Assembly: GCA_965202585.1 (NCBI GenBank) | Contig: OZ241827.1 | Location: forward strand, 14,880,001-14,944,000 | Direction: 5' to 3' | From: Thalia democratica | Taxonomy: Eukaryota | Length of the DNA stretch: 64,000 bases | Part shown: positions 1 through 11,599 of the stretch, piece after piece | How positions within the stretch are numbered: the stretch's first letter is position 1 | Layout of the letters: each line of letters opens with the position of its first letter | Program-made: the position numbers and the translations under genes | Notes under the pieces: model-generated | Told to the model about the DNA's origin: nothing | What the model saw: the letters and a program-made list of their open reading frames with translations, nothing else | Database searches by the model: none

Positions 1-1480
1 AAGTAAACAAATATTTAAAGATGTAGAATTTAATGTTTTGTAACTGGAGATTACATTTGGAGGAATAAAGTAAATTACGTTTAGTGTCTCTTTGTACAAA
101 GCCATTATAGCAGTGATACATAGAATCGTAAATAGGACTCGCACAAACTATATAAAATTACATATAAATACACTGATAAAAAGTCAATATACATATGAAA
201 CAACCGTTAGGTTGTATATGAAACATGCTTTTTCAACTAAACGTATTTGCTAAATACAAAATAATATTAAAAAAAAATTATTGGTTTTTTGATAATAAAA
301 TAGAAGGTTTTAGTAATTCTATGTAATTCTAATTCTTGAGTTAATTAATAAATTGTATCCTATTGTTAATTTTAGTTACTCGGTGATTAAGAGGTCTTAC
401 TAAAAATAAGTCAAGACTTAAGGTCATTATAAATAAAGCAAAATTTGTTAAGTACTTTATTGATCATGCATCATTCGCAATAAAAAAAAGAGAAACAATA
501 CATCAACAACTTATAAACAAAAAAGTCCAAATTTACAAAGAACTTTACTAGAGCATCAACTGCAGTAGAAGATGGAGGTAACTCGATCCGGGACATAATG
601 TAGGTGTTCGTTTATTTTCTACTGTGAACTGAGCTTTAAGGAGTTCACCATATCCTTACTCAAAGTGTTAACTTGTCCAACTAAGTCTTTCAATTCTTTA
701 AGCTTGACTTCCTTCATCAAATTTAAAGATAAGACTTCGACTTCTTCGTTCATCTCAGAAACTTTATCATTCCATATATTTTTGAACTCAGGTCTCCACT
801 AATTTTAAGTTGATCTAAGTTTTGTGGTTGATACTCTTTAGCACCGACAACCAGACCAGTAATATCTTTCAAAAAACTGTGGCATTTGACTAAGTCTGAT
901 TCAATTTCAATAGCCCTTTTTTTTCTAAGGTTTTTATTTAAGTTTAGACTCTCAACAACTAACTTTAAAACCTCTTTTCTGATTTTTACAGTTAAAGTGC
1001 GGAAGTTCCTTAATTTCTCTCCAAATTTACTTTTAACAACTAATTCATTATTTGTATGATGGTTTTCATGCTTAGACGCTTTGTTAAGAAAATTATTTAT
1101 ACGCTCACGAGTTTTCATCTTGACTAGATTATTTTTTAAGTTATGGAATAGCGTAAGAATTTCACCAAAATATTTTTCTTCTTTTTCAAATTTATTTATC
1201 CCTAAATCTAGCCCATCACTAAGTTCACAAAAACTATTGAAATTATCTTCAGAATTCGATTTATCTAGTCTGTTATGACAACCTCTATCATTGGCTGAAG
1301 AATTTTTAGGATTATTTTTCTCAAGTTTTTCATTTCTTGTTTTACCCGACTTTTCTAGTGCATTACCTTTGTTTCGACAAAAGGAAACATCTTCTGGACT
1401 CATCTGTGTTACAACACTTGTATTATAGTTTTTACAACCGAATTCTACAGAATTTAAAATGCAACCATGTTCAGGATTAT

Positions 1481-3823
1481 TCTCACGTTTAACTTTGCTT
1501 TTAGTTTCTTTAACTTTTAAACATTGTGCATCTTTAATTTCAGAGGAATTATCAACACAATTTTTCGTGCTATTATTTACAAGACCATTCTTAGACTTAC
1601 TCTTGTTTTGAAGACTTTCAACCTCTAAATTTTGTTCATCACCATTTTCAGAGGATTTATTCACGGAATTTTTGTCACTATTATTTACAGGATCTTTCCC
1701 TGAATTTACTTTGCTTTGAAGACTTTCAACTTCTAAATGTAGTTCATCACCATTTTCAGAGGATTTATTCACAGAATTTTTGGTGCTATAATTTACAGGA
1801 TAATTCTCAGATTTAGCTTTGCTATGAAGACTTTGAACCTCTAAATATTTTTTATCATCTATTTCAGAAGATTTATTCTCAGAATTTTTGATGCTTTCAT
1901 TTACAGGATCTTTCTCAGAATTTACCTTGCTTTGAAGACTTTTAACTTCTAAATGTTGTTCAACACCATTTTCAGGGGATTTATTCACAGAATTTTTGAT
2001 GCTTTCATTTACAGGATCATTCACAGATTTAACTTCGTTTTGAAGACTTTCAACCTCTAAATTGTGTTCATTATAAATGTCGGAGAAACTTTTTTCAGAG
2101 TCTTCAGGCATGACTTTACTATTATTCTGATCAAACTTAATTACTGTCGGTTGGAGAGAACCACTGAGATTCGCAGAAAATAAATTTTCGACGGAACTGT
2201 TCACTGACTTAGCATTTTTAGAGCAAGAAACTACAGGACCATCTTTCACAGCCGTACCAGTTTCCACCTCATTTTGCTTTCTGTTGACATAACTGTTGGC
2301 ATTTATAGACAATTTATTCGACTGAGATGAACTTTTTCGGTCGGAAGTAAAATTTTTACTACTTTTTGAACTATGATTTTCAGTTAGTTTACCGCCATCT
2401 CTATACTTCTTTGCATAAAAATAAAGAACTGCTGCCGACAATCCAATAAATTCTCACGTTTAACTTTGCTTTTAGTTTCTTTAACTTTTAAACATTGTGC
2501 ATCTTTAATTTCAGAGGAATTATCAACACAATTTTTCGTGCTATTATTTACAAGACCATTCTTAGACTTACTCTTGTTTTGAAGACTTTCAACCTCTAAA
2601 TTCACTGACTTAGCATTTTTAGAGCAAGAAACTACAGGACCATCTTTCACAGCCGTACCAGTTTCCACCTCATTTTGCTTTCTGTTGACATAACTGTTGG
2701 CATTTATAGACAATTTATTCGACTGAGATGAACTTTTTCGGTCGGAAGTAAAATTTTTACTACTTTTTGAACTATGATTTTCAGTTAGTTTACCGCCATC
2801 TCTATACTTCTTTGCATAAAAATAAAGAACTGCTGCCGACAATCCAATAAATTCTCACGTTTAACTTTGCTTTTAGTTTCTTTAACTTTTAAACATTGTG
2901 CATCTTTAATTTCAGAGGAATTATCAACACAATTTTTCGTGCTATTATTTACAAGACCATTCTTAGACTTACTCTTGTTTTGAAGACTTTCAACCTCTAA
3001 ATTTTGTTCATCACCATTTTCAGAGGATTTATTCACGGAATTTTTGTCACTATTATTTACAGGATCTTTCCCTGAATTTACTTTGCTTTGAAGACTTTCA
3101 ACTTCTAAATGTAGTTCATCACCATTTTCAGAGGATTTATTCACAGAATTTTTGGTGCTATAATTTACAGGATAATTCTCAGATTTAGCTTTGCTATGAA
3201 GACTTTGAACCTCTAAATATTTTTTATCATCTATTTCAGAAGATTTATTCTCAGAATTTTTGATGCTTTCATTTACAGGATCTTTCTCAGAATTTACCTT
3301 GCTTTGAAGACTTTTAACTTCTAAATGTTGTTCAACACCATTTTCAGGGGATTTATTCACAGAATTTTTGATGCTTTCATTTACAGGATCATTCACAGAT
3401 TTAACTTCGTTTTGAAGACTTTCAACCTCTAAATTGTGTTCATTATAAATGTCGGAGAAACTTTTTTCAGAGTCTTCAGGCATGACTTTACTATTATTCT
3501 GATCAAACTTAATTACTGTCGGTTGGAGAGAACCACTGAGATTCGCAGAAAATAAATTTTCGACGGAACTGTTCACTGACTTAGCATTTTTAGAGCAAGA
3601 AACTACAGGACCATCTTTCACAGCCGTACCAGTTTCCACCTCATTTTGCTTTCTGTTGACATAACTGTTGGCATTTATAGACAATTTATTCGACTGAGAT
3701 GAACTTTTTCGGTCGGAAGTAAAATTTTTACTACTTTTTGAACTATGATTTTCAGTTAGTTTACCGCCATCTCTATACTTCTTTGCATAAAAATAAAAAA
3801 CTGCTGCCGACAATCCAATAAAT
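1481..3823. repeat. Tandem triplication of a 971-bp unit (1481-2451, 2452-2852 with a 570-bp internal deletion, 2853-3823)
   Basis: The identical novel junction ccaataaat|tctcacgtt occurs at 2451/2452 and 2852/2853. The copies look identical except aaagaact (copies 1, 2) vs aaaaaact (copy 3). The middle copy joins ctctaaat|tcactgac. Confidence 0.95.
1524..2063 (-). repeat. Coding 108-bp (36-aa) repeat, 5 full units in A (repeated again in 2896-3435)
   Basis: The translation shows xLEVESLQSKVNSEKDPVNESIKNSVNKSSENGDEQ-like units every 36 aa. Confidence 0.9.
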
Positions 3824-3876
3824 CCAACCATCAGTTCACAAAAACTGACAACAAGTTTAAATGCAGCTTTTATCAT

Positions 3877-3900
3877 TTTACTTGCTAGAGAAAAGAGCTG
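3877..3900 (-). promoter_or_regulatory. 3' splice (or trans-splice) acceptor 8 nt upstream of the ATG of A
   Basis: The minus strand reads ctcttttctctag|caagtaaaATG. The same ag|caagt(a/g)aaATG context occurs at A', B' and D, and in related form at B and C. Confidence 0.6.
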
Positions 3901-6323
3901 TAAGAAAAATTATCTTTGAACATCAAATTCTCGGTCTAAGTGGTTGAAAAGAAGAAAAACTAATATACATAAATTTTAAAATGTGACTACTTTTAGAACA
4001 TGTTGCTTATAAGAGCTGAGTAGTTGCACAAGCTAAATTATGTTTTCATTAATGTTATTAAACTATAGGTTAAATATCTGATGTACTTTTAATTAAGTTT
4101 TATAAAAGTTGCTTTTTACAGTTCAACATGAAATGTTTCTGACTGAGATTAATCACTAAAGTTCTTAACTAGTCTGAGTTGTTAGTACATTCAGTATAAA
4201 TTTCAATCATATAAAAATATGGTATACGATTAGTTTTTAATTTGAGAATAAATTATTTGTTAGTTTTTCAGATAATAAAAATTGAACTACAATGGTTTAA
4301 GTTTAAAAGTTTAGTTTTGTTTTCATTTAAAATATATTTGTAAAACATTAAAATATTTAGAAAACTATTAATAAATATAAATATAGAAAATTTTTAGATA
4401 TGAGTACACTTCATTAAACTTCTTTTTTATTAGTCTTGTAAAAACATCAAAAAACAGATTTAATTTTTAATAAGTAACTAGTTCAAAATCTACAATTATA
4501 AACTATTTTTTGAAGAAATAGTACATTACATACTAGCCTTCTCGCTTAATTTTATTTTTGTACTTGATATTTAACATGTAATATTATTTTTCAGTTGTAT
4601 TTACCGTAAAACACCAAAATGTACAGAACTACATTTTTCAAACACTGTCAAATAATATTTTTAACATTTAATTAAATAACGAGCTGTAAAAATTTTTTAT
4701 ATACTGTCTATAGATGAAGTTTTAAGGTGAATAAAAAGCAATTAAATGGTTTTTGAATTTTATTTATATCACGTCTTTGCTAATTCTACGGTAGTGTTGC
4801 CCTATTCTGTTAAGTACCTTGAGTTTTCTTGGAAGAACCTTTTTTATAGTTTTATAATCAATATAAAATCATTATTTCTAACTTAACTAAATTTAACTTT
4901 TTCAAGCTTTGCTACTGTTTTGTCTTTTAAACTTTAAACTTTTTCATTTCTAGTCATTGTACAACTACTCCAATAAAATCTTTACGAAATTGTGAAACTA
5001 GTTTTAATTAAAAGTTTTTATTGCTTGTTAGTAACTGACTAACAATTTTGTTGTAGTTTGAAAACATTATATAAAAACTTTTACCAGTTTTTATTTAAAC
5101 AAAAATTAAAATAGGTAAAACCATCAAAAAAATCTATATCTCAGTCTTTTACAAACACTTCAAAAAGATATTTTGTTTATTAAAAAAAAAACGTTCTCAA
5201 TTTTTATTCAAGTAGAATACTCCTTTTTTATTCCTTGATAATACGTATATATACTGTTTTAAAATATTTTAATTATACGTTGCAAGACCTAAACCGGTAG
5301 TCAACGCCTCTTATATCATCTATCGTTTCCTATGTTACCATATTTGGGTAAAATATCAATATTTGAGAATAAAGTACAAGATCTCACAAAATCAACCTAT
5401 ATTCATGTAAAACCAATAGTAGTATTTGTTTCAAACCTAGTTTTAAGATTTAATCTCAAGGACCTTACAATTAACCTAGATAAAGTTGTGTCGTATATAG
5501 TTTAAATTGGTTCTTCGAAAAAAGTCACATTGGTCAGACGTTCAGGAATCTTAAAAAAAGAGTTAAATAACATTTACCATAATGCTTATTTAATTTCATA
5601 AAATAAAAGACCGAGATAAAGACAAAAACGGTTACCGATGCTGCAAAAAGATCATCGATAGCGGAAATTTAACCTTCAACACAAAATGTGCAAATAACTA
5701 TATGCCAACAAGATTTATTTATGTTAACCATTACAATAATGTAATTAACCTAATGAGATTAAAAGCTATATCAATATTAATATACAAACGAAAAGGTTTT
5801 GATTAAAAGTTTCTTTAATTGCTTATTTAATTGGCCATTTTGTTTTTTTGTATTATAGTTAGTTTAATAATTGTTTTTGCGTTGATTATTTTTCTACTTT
5901 TCTTAATGCTCATTATTGACTAATGAGCATTAAAATATTCTTTTGTTGTTTTTAGTGAAAAACTATGTTTTAAACTTTGTTGTTCTGCAGTAACGTTTCT
6001 GATGAAATGCAGTGAAAATATATTAAAACTTTTAACAATAGCATCAGAGTATTTTATATACTTCGATTAATTTACAATTGACTGATGTTTACGTTATTAA
6101 AACTAAATATATATTTTTCTACACGGTTACACCCAAAATTGTTTTAGTAAAATTAATAATTTTGCCTTGCTTTAATAATTTATATAAACGTAATCTTTAA
6201 AAATGTATTTTAAAATGTTGTAGTCAAAAAAGTAAACAATTTTTATTTTAACAAATTAAATATAAAAGAAATAAGTTTGTAAAACCGTATCACTTTTACA
6301 GCTTTTCCTTAGAAAGTAAAATA

Positions 6324-7898
6324 ATGAAAGTTTCATTTAATTTTGATGTCAGTTTTTGTGAACTGATGGTTGGAGTTTTTGGTTTGTCGGCGGCAGTTGG
6401 TATTATTTGTTATTTTCCAAAAAATAAAACTAAACAGGCAGATGAAAATGTCAAGGCTACACCAAATGATAACACCAGCAGAGATAATTCTGCAAATTAT
6501 ACAAAGTTATCTACCTTTAAGTTACCAAATGATAGAGGAATAGAAATTCGCAATAATAAACCGCTATTGAATATCGACCGCAGTTTAAGCAATAGAAGAA
6601 ATGCTGTTATATGTCTTGACTCAAGTAAAAATGACACTGGTTCAAGCAAGGAAGAAAACGTCAACAAAATAATGTCTTCTAAAATTGTGAATAGTGACGC
6701 TATATTTTCCAATGTAAACGAACCTGAGATAAATTTAAATAAAAACCAAGTTCAAAATTTTGTAAAAAACAAACCAAATATGGGCAGTGATTTTAAACTA
6801 AATGAAAGTAATTGTGACTTAAATAAAGTTTTCAATGTAGAGGAAAATAAAGCACAAAACATTTTGGATAAAAAACTTTTAGATGATTCAAGTTACCAAG
6901 AGAAACTACGAGTAGAAAGTATTTGTAGTTTGAGCAAGGAACAAAGTTTAAATTTTTTTTCTAAACTAGCAATTAGTAGTCAAAAGTGCACAAATTCAAA
7001 AAACGAATGTTTGAAAACTTTTTCGGTTGAAAAAATCGCAAAAGATTCTAATGTTTATATTTCAGACTCGTCTAAAAACGAATGTGAAGACAACGATAAT
7101 AAAAATTTAGCTACAAATATTTTTATAAGTCAAGAAACTGACTCTTCTTACAAAAATTTTAAAGACAATAAATTGATTACAACTTTCCACGCAGAAACAA
7201 CTTCAATAAAAAATTATAGGGATGGTGAAGTTTATGACAAAATAAACCATAAAGATTCTTGTTTAGACTTCTTTAATACAAAATTAATAACACTTCAGAT
7301 AGATAAAATATTTTTTAACAAAGAATGCAACGAAATAAATAACATTATCAGTTCGTTTCTTAAGCATAAAAGTTTAAAAGGTATCAGAAAATCAAGCTTT
7401 CTTAAAAGCATTAGTACGAAATATGAGCATTCGGTTCGTGAAATAAAATGTTCTAACAGTATGGCTAACTTCGGCAATAAACGAAAAGAAAGTATTTATG
7501 ATTGGTTTTTGTTTATTAAAAGAGATTTGTTAAATAGCATGAAAACTTCCCTAGAAAACCGTACATCTGACAAAGTTTTAAAAATTGTTCACAACAAAGT
7601 CCTATCAGGTTTCAACCAAATGTGTAAGTTCATTCAAATTTACTCCAATCAGTGTGAAGAATCAATTGAATTAATTCTAAAGATTCTTGATGATAAAAGT
7701 AATTTAGAACTAAATGTTAAACAATGGAATGAAAAACTTTGTGCTATGATTAAAAATATTGAAGCTTTAACTTTAGAAACAATTGAAGTAATCAAAAAGT
7801 TAAAGTGTGATGAAGTAAACACTGATAGACTTGTTAGCCATGTTGAAAATATCTGTAGAGAAGGTATTACGATATTAAAACTGTTTAAATGTGAGTAG
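6324..7898 (+). CDS. Family member B: N-terminal hydrophobic anchor, N/S/K-rich linker, C-terminal helical domain (524 aa), function unknown
   Basis: Uninterrupted ORF in ~75% AT-looking DNA. It has a close intact paralog (B'), the family N-terminus, and an acceptor-like cttttccttag at 6302-6312. Confidence 0.85.
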   Translation: MKVSFNFDVSFCELMVGVFGLSAAVGIICYFPKNKTKQADENVKATPNDNTSRDNSANYTKLSTFKLPNDRGIEIRNNKPLLNIDRSLSNRRNAVICLDSSKNDTGSSKEENVNKIMSSKIVNSDAIFSNVNEPEINLNKNQVQNFVKNKPNMGSDFKLNESNCDLNKVFNVEENKAQNILDKKLLDDSSYQEKLRVESICSLSKEQSLNFFSKLAISSQKCTNSKNECLKTFSVEKIAKDSNVYISDSSKNECEDNDNKNLATNIFISQETDSSYKNFKDNKLITTFHAETTSIKNYRDGEVYDKINHKDSCLDFFNTKLITLQIDKIFFNKECNEINNIISSFLKHKSLKGIRKSSFLKSISTKYEHSVREIKCSNSMANFGNKRKESIYDWFLFIKRDLLNSMKTSLENRTSDKVLKIVHNKVLSGFNQMCKFIQIYSNQCEESIELILKILDDKSNLELNVKQWNEKLCAMIKNIEALTLETIEVIKKLKCDEVNTDRLVSHVENICREGITILKLFKCE

Positions 7899-9580
7899 TC
7901 TATAACAATATAAAGTTCATTATATGTTTGCAAGCCTTTGTTTATTTGTCATTAAGTGTTTTAGTGAGCTTTTTAGTTATCAGTTTTTAATTTTGTTGTT
8001 TTATCAATTTACTTATTTTAGTAATTGTTACATTTGTTTTTTTACAAAGAATAAAAAATGTTTACCACAACTTTTGCACTAATAATAAATTAATCAAATA
8101 AAAATGAGATTGAGAATTGAATGTGCTTATATTTAACAAACAACATATTAGACTTGAAGAAAATAATTCTAATGTATTAATAGCTGTTTATTTTAACAAT
8201 TGTTTAATTCTTTTTCTAAATAGCTTTACAACCACTAAGAAGGACCCCTTTTTTTGTACTTTTATATTTCTTTTAGTAAAAAAACAAACATTTTAAAATT
8301 GATTCCCTCCTAAAATACCTACGGGTTTACAAAACTCAAAAACATACCAAAATAATGTTTTAAACTAGGCACCCTAGACCAAATTCATACGGTTTAAAAA
8401 CTTAAAATATCACCTAATACCTAGAGGTTTACAAACACCCCAATGCCCTTATTAATATTAACTTATTTTGCAAAAAAACCGTAACATCTTATAACCTAGT
8501 TGATCATTTGTGGTCTGAAGAGTTATGTAGATTGGATGAACATAATTATTCTGAATAAGCAAGGAAACCTTTTGTTTAAGTAAATAAATAAATAAAGTTA
8601 AACTTTTGTTGAGTCTATAGAGTTACATGGCGTTTAAAGCTATAATAATTTTATATTTCATATAAAGATTTTTATCTTATATAATTATTTCGACATGTAT
8701 AAGTGTGACAATAGCTCACTTTGCTATAATTGAATGTCAAGGGTTAAATGTCTTTTTTAAAGACTAAAATATCAAGTTACATTTTTATAACTATTTTGTT
8801 CCGACAAATCGAATTAGAAAAAGCGGTCATATCTAAAAAAACAATATTTATCTTTGTTCAAGCGGTTTTTAAATTAATTAATAAAATTATGGTGGTAAAA
8901 AATATTTTTTAAATATATATGTTCAAAGGAAATTCAAAAATTTGAGAGTTAGACCTACATATGTATTGTTTTGTTTTTAACTATGTAATAATTTTTGAGT
9001 TTTTGACCTTAAATTATTTTTATTTAAGAATTTGAACTTTTTTGGAAACTAAATTGTCGTAATGTGACCTGTCAGAATTTGAACAGTCATGCACCAATCT
9101 TTGATATTTCATAACTAAATAAGTTCATCGAAAAATTCAAACTCGAAAGCACTAAAATTTAAACTCACACTCTAGCATAATATTACGCAAGTTCCTCTTT
9201 TACTATGATTTATTTTGTAACATATATCCATCTTGATTTTACTTTCACTATATAAAAAATATAAAAACAATCTCACAACTAATTCAAACTAGACATTTAT
9301 TGAAAACAATGAAAATAAATTGTAGAGCATATAATATACAAAGAGAAATTTTCAAAAACTGTAGAGTTGTTTATTTTATCAAAATAGTACTCAGGGTCAG
9401 GACCACAATTTTCCGATTAGTTAATATTCGAATGTTACATTGCAAAAATTATAAAAGTTAAGTTCAAGTTTACTCGCTACAAACGGCTTCAAAATTTGGT
9501 TGTTTGGACTCATAAAGTTAGTTAATTGTTTATATAAACATTTTAAATTATAAGCATATGTCTTTAATAAATAAAATCCT

Positions 9581-9794
9581 GAGCGTGTAAATCTTGATCG
9601 CTAAACCAATTGTTTAATTTACAGTAGATATTTAGGGGTTTGTACTGAAAAGAAAGAGAAGGTCTCGTTGTAACTAAAACTAAAACTTCGGCCGGCGAAT
9701 ATTTTTAACTACGAAGTTTAACCCGCGAACACCGAATGCCTGCCGACCTCTGCCTTATACTTACATAAACTAAATTAAAACAATAAATATAATA
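9581..9794. ncRNA. Highly conserved non-coding element, candidate structured RNA or regulatory/first-exon region (copy 1)
   Basis: 9726-9794 is identical over 69 bp to 35023-35091, and 9668-9708 is identical to its paralog, while the flanks are clearly more diverged. It contains a tcggccggc...gcctgccga stem and a minus-strand GTAAGT at 9764-9759. Confidence 0.35.
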
Positions 9795-10729
9795 GGACTC
9801 TAATTTAATTGTAAATCAGTAGTTACTACTATTAAAACTTAAAAACAAAAAATATAAATTTATAGATACACATGTACATAAACATGCAATAAAACTATAC
9901 TATTTTAGCTTTGCAAGTTTTGAAAACATGCTTTAGGGTGTAGCTGGTTTACTATTAAAGCTAAATGATATTTAATAAGTTAAAACAATTTAAACATTGT
10001 TTTTAATTCTTTTAAATCAAAAGTTTTGTAAACCAGATGTTACTCTTTTAAGTTTTGTTAAAAAATACTAAGTAGTAGATAAACATGATATGAAGATAAA
10101 TTATTGATAATTTACACTTTCAAAGCTGCGATGCTTGCAAATTCTTAAGGCGTTGAAATTGTTACTAAAATTTCTCACAGACAATTTTCTCCTAAATAGC
10201 TTAACAAAATTGATAATGAATCCTGCAAAATTTATAGTATATTACTTTATAAATATGCATCAAGTAATTAAATGTGTATATTTAACTCACAATAAAGTAA
10301 GAGATTTACTAAACGATAATTTTGTTTTACTAAAAGCTACTGTATTCTTAAACCATGTTATATAATATCAAATATATTTTTATTAAGTATTCAAAAATAT
10401 TTCTATTTTCAGAATTATTTTATATAAATGTAGTGACAAAAAATTATTAATAAGTTGTTATAATATGCAGCAAATTAAAAACCTTTTTATAAGAACAAAA
10501 GATTTCTACAGAAACAGTACAACTTATAAGAAAATAGTATTATTTTTAACTCTTGTTGTCGTTTTTATTCATAAACATTGTCAAAACTTTCCAGTACACT
10601 AAAGTTGGTTTAGATTGTATTTAGATAAAGCTGCTATGGAACTTCAAGGATAAACAAAGAAAAACTATGAAATTAAAAAAACTTCAACAACATAACTCAG
10701 TGTTTTAGTAATTATGTTTTATTGATATA

Positions 10730-11465
10730 CAGTAGACTACCGCTTAAGTACGCAAATTAAACCCGACCAAAAAGTGCGTACTTAGCACGGGTAGTGCGTA
10801 CATTTTGACGACATAGTATAATATGAAATTTTATTGTTTGTTTTCTTTCTTACAACTAGCCACCAAATAATTAAGCCAAATAAAGAAGTCTTTTTATTTT
10901 AAATAACATTAATACATAATGCTAATCTGCAAAATTTTTTAATAGATTTTAAAATGATTTATTTTTTCTTTAAAAAGTTTCTACACAATTAATACATACA
11001 TTTAATATAGCACGTCAATGTCAGTCAATGATATAAAAAAAAGAATATTAAGCCATATTTTCGATATTTTGTTTTGTTAGAAGGAAAGTACTAAACTACA
11101 TTGTGTTTACCAAACATTTTCAAAACATCAATATGTGTACATTTAAATTAAATTATGACTTAAATATGTTGTATATGTAGGTTTTTTTAATTTTTTCATC
11201 TAGATTTATTTATTTTATAGCATTACAGCTCAAATATCATTATTTTTCACTTTTCTGTATTATAACAGGACTGTCACAATCTTAGGCCACTTAGACTACT
11301 CAGGATTACCCACCCTAGTTTAAAAGTTGTGAAAGTCTCAGCCTAGCTCAGCAGGTTGGCCGTTCTACCTGGAACCTTTTAGATTTTTTTTGTCTTTCTG
11401 GATAAGTGCGTACTTAAGGCGGGATGCGTACCAAAAAAAGTGCGTACTTAAGCGGTAGTCTACTG
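10730..11465. mobile_element. MITE, Tc1/mariner (pogo/Tigger-like) type, 736 bp
   Basis: Perfect 25-bp TIRs cagtagactaccgcttaagtacgca (10730-10754) / tgcgtacttaagcggtagtctactg (11441-11465), TA on both sides, and subterminal aagtgcgtac repeats. The paralogous empty site is at ~22385-22405. Confidence 0.92.
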
Positions 11466-11599
11466 TACAAGTTAACAATTTTACACAAAATAAATGAACA
11501 TGAAAATTAGCCAAGTAATGTAACAAGTAACGTAACAATCAAAATAAAATTAACTATAACAAAACAGAAACAAGTTTGAGTTAAACAACCAAGTAAAAC

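Larger units (their letters stand above)
619..3876 (-). pseudogene. Family member A: N-anchored, 36-aa-repeat protein gene disrupted by an internal tandem triplication and a 1-bp deletion
   Basis: ORF 2785-3876 has the family N-terminus (MIKAAFKLVVSFCELMVGFIGLSAAV) but shifts frame at the 2852/2853 junction (RENLLDCRQQ...stop). ORF 750-2441 has the C-terminal domain but begins at an internal TTG (Leu) preceded in frame by TGA. A T5 run at 779-783 (T6 in A' at 26699-26704) shifts the last ~60 codons. The ancestral TAG is at 619-621 by alignment to 26539-26541. Confidence 0.85.
130..10580. repeat. Segmental duplication, copy 1 (paralogous to ~26050-35885), carrying the divergent gene pair A/B
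   Basis: Colinear similarity throughout, e.g. 480-720 vs 26400-26640, gene A vs A', 3980-4700 vs 28610-29340, gene B vs B', 7900-10580 vs 32280-35885. The central intergenic parts (~4750-6250 vs ~29400-30620) are not alignable. Boundaries are approximate. Confidence 0.92.

Noticed and set aside
1481-3823. CRISPR-like or spliced-product interpretation of the repeats in A
   Set aside because: The repeats are contiguous coding units with no unique spacers. The 570-bp loss in the middle copy is not bounded by GT-AG on the coding strand.
1081-7933. Short ORFs antisense to A and B (1081-1278, 6497-6712, 7295-7477, 7649-7933) and equivalents over A', B', C, D, D2 and the kelch gene
   Set aside because: They are complements or alternative frames of real or decayed CDSs. 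Their conservation between paralogs is explained by the sense gene.
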